Below, piece by piece: positions 57,746 to 64,000 of a DNA stretch of 64,000 nucleotides (position 1 is its first letter; each line of letters begins with the position of its first letter). Made by a program: the position numbers and the translations under genes. Under the pieces are notes generated by a model. It ran no database searches. It was not told the origin of the DNA and saw only the letters and a list, made by a program, of their open reading frames with translations. Source of the stretch: Macrostomum lignano (taxonomy: Eukaryota); NCBI GenBank assembly GCA_002269645.1, contig NIVC01001833.1:62001-126000 (forward strand), written 5' to 3'.

Positions 57746-60611
57746 ACCTGCCTCCCCTAAAAAAATTTTTCGAATAAAAAAATGTTACAAGTACTACTTA
57801 AAGCATTTTGAGTGAGAAAAATTTTCAATCAAAGCAATGAGACATAACAGCATATGTATAGTTTTTAGGCAACAAAAATAATAAAAAACGGAAGGGTGTA
57901 ATGCAAGCAAAGTTTGTAGCAAGGATTATATGAACAAAGCAAAAAGAAACTGTTCCACAGTATAAAGTACTGTTCCACAGTATAAGTACAAATTATACAG
58001 GATGTGAAAGATAACAAATAATAGGCAAACAATGAACATTGAGTTAACAAGTTGCATGGGTGAGGCAACTCACTGTGGATATTACGCGGGATCACTGCCT
58101 TCGATGAAGCTGGTCGGGCCGTGGCAGCAGCCGATGACGCTGGACAAACAGCAGCCGACAATGTTGGGCGAGCCGCGACGGCAGCCGATGATGCTGGACA
58201 AGCCGCGGCGGTAGCCAATGATGCTGAATAAGCCGCGGCGGCAGCCGATGACACTGAACGAGCCGCGGCAGCAGCCGATGATGCTGAACAAGCTGCGGCG
58301 GCAGCCGATGATGCTGAACGAGCCGCGGCGGCAGCCGATGATGCTGGACAAACAGCAGCCGACAATGTTGGGCGAGCCGCGGCGGCAGCCGATGATGCTG
58401 GACAAGCCGCGGCGGTAGCCAATGATGCTGAATAAGCTGCGGCGGCAGCCGATGACACTGAACGAGCCGCGGCGGCAGCCGATGATGCTGAACAAGCCGC
58501 GGCGGCAGCCGATGATGCTGAACGAGCCGCGGCGGCAGCCGATGATGCTGAACGAGCCGCGGCGGCAGCCGATGATGTTAGGCGAGCCGCGGCGGCAGCT
58601 GATGGTGCTGGACAAGTGCTGCCTGCCACTGATGACTGACGTCTATCGTGGTGTTCGCTTGGAGGCAAACTCTCGCTTTTCGAGGGGGCTAATGGGGTTA
58701 CGTGGTCGTCAAATGTAATGGCTCTCTCTAGTGTTCGCTTGGTTGTCTCTTATTGGCTCATAACTGCACACGGTTGCTAAGCGTTGCTAGGATTTTTATA
58801 GACTTTAGATTTCTTCACACAATTCTCTGCATTTCTACTACTAGTAATGCGCAATGTTTTTGTGTTTTTAAATTTTTAAACTTTTTATATTTTGTCAATG
58901 TTATTTTACAACAGATTTTCTTCATAGAGCATTTTGATTTTTAAGCAAACCTATTTACAATTTAATACTTGGCATGATACAATTTTGATTATTTCAGATA
59001 ATGGGCGTATCGCCTGCGGGGGGCGAATCCTGAGGTGACAACTCTCTCATTTCTTGGTCTCAAATTATAATGCGGCCTATGCTCAATCCTTTCGTCTTCA
59101 TTTCTTTCTCTCCTATCTAATTCTAATGCGTCATCTGTTTCGGCTGGCTCAGTTTTCTCACTATCTGTTGACTCATCTTCTTGCTCAAATTCTTCTTCAT
59201 GCTTTAGTTAGTTAGTTATGTAATTATTGGATTTGTTTGGTTTCAAGCCTCTACTTTCCGAAAATGCTATGTTCTCAGGAATGGGCTAAAATTGGCTGTC
59301 AGTGGACTACCTTGCTTTCTCCAAAAGAACAGTGAGCACTCCTTCCAGTATTCCATTTTTCAAATGTCTTTCCGATTTTCAGGATCCTTGAGAGAGGTCT
59401 TAAAATGGTTACACCATGCCTTTCTAAGCGGGATCAAGAAATTTCCGTTCTTTCTATTTTTAGATTTTCTCTGACAAACTCTTCACTTTTCTCATCTCTC
59501 GAATTCTCTCTTATTTTTGTTCTTCACAGACTATCGCATCCATTTAGACAGCAATGATATCTGATCTAAAGAGGGACACCATGAGATAGCTGATCGGATT
59601 TTTCTTGGCTTTTTCTCACAATTTTCTCCTGTCTCCTCACTTTATCAAACTCTCAATTCTTCTGGTTCACTTCTTTGACTTTGCTTCTGTACTTCTTCTC
59701 GATTTTTCTTCGAATTCTTCTCTTGAATTCGCTTCTCGACTACTCTTGATTCTCTTCTTCAACTTGGTGTCTATTAGCGCTTGAGGGTGCGGCTAGACTA
59801 CGTCACTCGATGGTAACAAAAAGTCTTTAGTCTACCTCTTACTTCTAGCACACCTTTTTTTCTAATTCTCGATTCCTCTCAAATTCTCGTGCTTCTCTTT
59901 TCAAATTCCTCGTCTTCTTCTTCAATTCAACTTCTCAGCGTCCTGTATTCTCTTCTCTCTACTGCCTATTGTCAGAGTTTATTACATTAATTCTTTAATT
60001 ATTTCTTCTTCACAGAGCTTCTCACTACTCCGACGCTTATTGTAGACTTCCTATCTTACTTTCTGAGCAGCCTAACTAACCGAATTAAACCTGTTTTTGT
60101 TGATTTTCTGAATTTTCTTTGTCAAAACGGCCCTTTTCGGGGTCACCTAATTCTTTAAGGCTCTTCTGGAGACTTAGTTTTGCGTAATTTAGTATGCTAT
60201 TTACATAGTGAATATTTACACAGTTACATTCTAGTCATTTCAAATATGCTAAGAGTCTACTCGAAAACTTCGGTAAAACGGCCCTTCTGAGGCTTCTATA
60301 CCGTATTTTGTTAAGGAAACCTTTCTGAGCTATTTTACTTCAAGCAAATTTGTGCAATAGTGACGTATTTACATAATACAGTACTATAATAATCATGCAT
60401 GTCAAACATTTTAATGAGCTAGCGATTTACATAAGCGGTCTTTTGCTAAAACGGCCCTTTTGGGGCTCCATTAGGTAATTATGTGCATTATATACTCTGT
60501 ACGGTCATTTTTATTTTCTTTTCGAAGCTTTTTATAAATTTTTATATTTTTATGAATATATTATGTACAATTTTCTTAGCTTAATTGATTCGTGCTAGTA
60601 GAAAATTACTC

Positions 60612-61202
60612 TCATCCTTTCTCCTGAGCTCGCTGTCTGGCTTCTCCCAGATTCACTCTGCATCTGTGACCTGCTTGTGGCCTGATTGGTCCTGGCTTCC
60701 CACAGAAGAAGCAATGACCAGGGCTTGGCTCTGGTCTGGCGCCACTAAATCTGTGCGGCGGGCGCGATTTTGGCGCCGTCTGGTACTTGTACTGCTGCTG
60801 CTGCTCTGATTTCTGTTCTAAGTTCAGATTTGTCAATATGACCGTCAGGGTCATCAAGCACTCGACTAGGGCTTGGACTCCATTCTCCTCCTGCTTCTGC
60901 TGCTTCCTTTCGAACTGCTCAATAACTTGTCGCCTAATGTCTTGATAGTGCTGCTGATCTTGTTTATGGCTCATCCTCCGTTTCAGTTCTTCTGGGATGT
61001 CTAGATTGGCGAAAAGAGCTACTTTCCGTTTTTCTCCATTCAATCCTTGCATCCTGCATTGCTGCTCGAATGCATTGATCCACTGCCTGATATTTTTGTC
61101 AGGTGTGTACTTCTCAATCTCTACTTGCTTCTCCGTTCCTAATCCTAGCTTCTTTGTCAGCTCTTCAGCTAGCCTAGCGATTGCATCATTGGCATTAGCC
61201 AT
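60612..61202 (-). CDS. gag: Mini-Gag (196 aa), copy 3
   Basis: Translation identical to copy 1. Confidence 0.8.
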   Translation of the reverse strand: MANANDAIARLAEELTKKLGLGTEKQVEIEKYTPDKNIRQWINAFEQQCRMQGLNGEKRKVALFANLDIPEELKRRMSHKQDQQHYQDIRRQVIEQFERKQQKQEENGVQALVECLMTLTVILTNLNLEQKSEQQQQYKYQTAPKSRPPHRFSGARPEPSPGHCFFCGKPGPIRPQAGHRCRVNLGEARQRAQEKG

Positions 61203-61382
61203 CTTTCTTCTTGATTCTAACTACTGTTCCTAATTCTAAAATTTCTCACTGATGATCTTCAATTACCGGAGTTCTTTGCCGTTTCTCTGATCTGTCTAGT
61301 TCTGAAATTCTGGCCGTTTCTCTGATCTGTCTAGTTCTGAAATTCTGGCCGTTTCTCTGATCCCACTGCTGCCACCAAAAGC

Positions 61383-62338
61383 TGTCGTAGGGGTAACTTC
61401 TGTCCCTACAAATGATTTCACCGCTGTCACTAAAAGCTGTCGTAGGGCTCTTAATTATTCCTTTTGCTAGCCTTACTAGCTGCCACCAAAGTTGTTGCAG
61501 GTGTGTTTCCTGTGCACTGAGAATGCCACCAAGTTGTAACAGGGGTGATTCTTTCTTTTTAATAATAATTTCACACTGTCACCAAAAGCTATCACAGGGC
61601 TAATTTACTAATCTCTTAAGTGTTCTTCTTAGGTTGGTAGCTGCCACCAGGATTATCCTATTAATAAATTATGAGTTTATCAATCTTAGAATAATCCGAG
61701 AAATGTTTCTTAGAATAGGTCTGGGTATTTAGTCTGAGTATTTAGTCTGAGTATTTAGTCTTAGAAAAACTGTTAGCCCTGAGATTTAACTCTTCTAATT
61801 ATTCTGGTAGCGTTCTATTATTCTGGTAGCGTTCTACTTAATAATGGCCTGAGCGGTATTTTGGCTTACTGGTATATGTATTTCATGTACTTTGCAAGTC
61901 CTTGGGCGTTACCGAGATCAGAGGGTCACAGCCTCCGGTTATTCTTACACGTATTACTTCAGATCTACTTCGCAACTTCTTACTACTCAACACTTTCCTT
62001 CTCAGTAGTATATACGGTACACACTTCCGTCTACTTCACTCTTTCTTAAAAAAAAGAATTAACACGGAAAACACTTCTTCAATTCTTATTTTCTCGGAAC
62101 TCTTCTATTTGCTATCAATTGCTTATTGCGAACCGCGATGCGCGAGGTTGGTCTCTCCTCTGCCAAAAACGCTTCTATTTATACTAAAATTTGCTACAGT
62201 TTTAAACAAAAATTCGTTAGTGCAAAATATTATAGAAAATACGAGTATTAAAACAAAATATGTTTCTTAGTTTTGGCGTAAATTCAAATTGACTAAATGG
62301 TGACTATTTTATAAAGAAATCGGGAGGGGCCCTGCACA
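61383..62338 (-). repeat. Array LTR4 (outermost 5' LTR, 956 bp)
   Basis: It ends GCCCTGCACA followed by the TSD CTTT, after which unique sequence resumes. Confidence 0.92.
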
Positions 62339-62751
62339 CTTTGAAACAGTGAAAAATTACTTGTTATTAAGGATTTTCTACCTATCAAATTAATGGTTCC
62401 AATGGTCCTAAAGTCTTATGTCTTTTATGTTATTGTATGGCAAATTAACCTGTTTCTTTCTGAGCTAGATACCATTTAGTTTCTGCAATTCATATCTTAT
62501 ACTAATGCTATAAGTAATTTATTGATTATTGGAGTTTGTTGAATTTTAAGATTTGTATGAATTTTGACAATTCAGTGGAGTTATTTGTGAAAGGTAAGGT
62601 AGGGCATCTTGTTTTTCTACTTGTCATCTTTAATTAAGTTTTGAGTGTCATTCTAAATACTTGAAAAACTTGCTAAATGTACTCTAAAGACAGTGTCTTC
62701 TATTTAATTCACATTTTAAATTTTGTTTTTCAGTTGAAAACAATTTTCATA

Positions 62752-63941
62752 ATGATTGACTTTAGCAATGCTGATGCACTTAATCTGGACGCAGCTCTGG
62801 ATGCAACTGTTGAAGATATTGATGATATTTTTAATAATAGGTAAGTCTGGAATCAAAATTTCTATGCTACATTTACCGGTATATTTTTAAAGCTAATCTC
62901 TATAGAATTTATCTCGATTTTTTAAAAACTTTTAAGCTTATTTGACAATTCAACTTGTCACAATGGCAACTGCAATGGTGTCGCATTTCGCTGCTTTGAA
63001 GAGTCGGAACTGCACTACAGCCTGTGCCATCGACACGCCTGCGAGGCATGTCATCAGGCTTTTCCTAATCACCGACTGCTGGACTGTCATATTCAGGCCG
63101 CACATTCTGGGCCGCTGTGCAAACTGGTGGGTCCTCTTCCCACACTCTACTTCTCTGTCTACCCACACTCTACTTCTCTGTCTACCTACACTCTACTTCT
63201 CTGTCTACCTACACTCTACTTCTCTGTCTACTCACACTCTACTTCTCTGTCTACTCACACTACTTCTCTCTCTACTACACACTATTCTGCCTACCTACTC
63301 TACTTCTATGTCTACCTACACTCTACTTCTGTCTACCTTTTCTACTTCTATGTCTAACTACTCTACTTATCTGTCTACCTACACTACTCTGTCTACCTAC
63401 ACTCTACTTCTGTCTACCTTTTCTACTTCTCTGTCTACCTACACTCTACTTCTGTCTACTTACTCTACTTCTGTCTACCTACTCTACTTCTCTGTCTACT
63501 TACACTCTACTTTTCTGTCTATCTACACAACCTTTCTGTCTATCTACACAACCTTTCTGTCTATCTACACAACCTTTCTGTCTATCTACACAACCTTTCT
63601 GTCTACCTAAACTACTTCTGTGTCTACTTACACTTAACTTTTTGTCCACTCACACTTTACCTGCGTCATCTTACTATACTACTGTACCCCTGAAAATTTT
63701 AATAATTTTAAATTTTAAAATTTAATAACAAAATTGCATATCGCTGTACCTGTCAGTCAAACCAATAATTGTTCTACTTCAATTCCTAAAAACAGTTTTC
63801 CTGCGTTCTGCCAGTGTGCGACGAAAAATTTTCAAATCCATCGTTGGCTAAAGAGCACGCCATTCGTGAGCACAAATTTCCATCGAATTATCGATTCTTT
63901 CCGCCAACTAAAGAGTTGCCAAATCGACCGCTCGATGTTCG
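62752..63941 (+). CDS. ZNF511: ZNF511-like C2H2 zinc finger protein, 5' part. Exons 62752-62840, 62937-63126, 63796-63941; probably continues beyond the window.
   Basis: Spliced reading: ...CHNGNCNGVAFRCFEESELHYSLCHRHACEACHQAFPNHRLLDCHIQAAH...FSCVLPVCDEKFSNPSLAKEHAIREHKFPSNYRF. This matches the recalled ZNF511 three-finger pattern ending H.YP.DFRF. GT-AG phases are consistent. Confidence 0.8.
63135..63640. repeat. 23-bp minisatellite (TCTACCTACACTCTACTTCTCTG) plus a 21-bp block in a ZNF511-like intron
   Basis: Tandem copies are visible. Confidence 0.9.
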
Positions 63942-64000
63942 GTTAGTAAATTTTAGCTTTCTGCTTGTATTTCTACTTTAAGTAGACGATTTGCACAGAA

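Larger units (their letters stand above)
47623..62338 (-). mobile_element. Tandem array of a non-autonomous Gypsy-derived LTR element: 4 shared LTRs and 3 internal domains
   Basis: LTRs at 47623-48578, 52216-53152, 56790-57745 and 61383-62338. Internal domains are 3637 bp each, with a PBS and a PPT at every junction. A single TSD CTTT lies at 47619-47622 and 62339-62342. Confidence 0.93.

Overview
This is AT-rich animal (probably invertebrate) genomic DNA with GT-AG introns. Recognisable host genes are the last two exons of a PTPN3/PTPN4-like phosphatase (+), a 5-exon tetraspanin (+), an intronless Angel-family gene (-), CDC26 (-), a two-exon Rab33 (-) and the 5' exons of a ZNF511-like gene (+). 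There is also one unidentified acidic ORF. Introns and spacers are packed with unrelated minisatellites, TA- and 9-bp-TSD MITEs and a tRNA-headed SINE. The right half is dominated by LTR retroelements on the minus strand. The first is a full-length but disabled Ty3/Gypsy element (35407-44312) with 992-bp LTRs about 99% identical, a CCAT target-site duplication (TSD) and a canonical -1 frameshift site. The second is a 14.7-kb head-to-tail array (47623-62338) of a non-autonomous LTR element: four LTRs shared between three apparently identical internal domains, all inside one CTTT TSD. That element keeps only an internally deleted mini-Gag. Its LTR U5 carries a ladder of five extra copies of the tRNA-Leu primer-binding-site (PBS)/LTR-end junction, and single echoes of this occur in the Gypsy LTR and in a third LTR remnant. 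All coordinates, alignments and counts were made by eye; no database searches were run.
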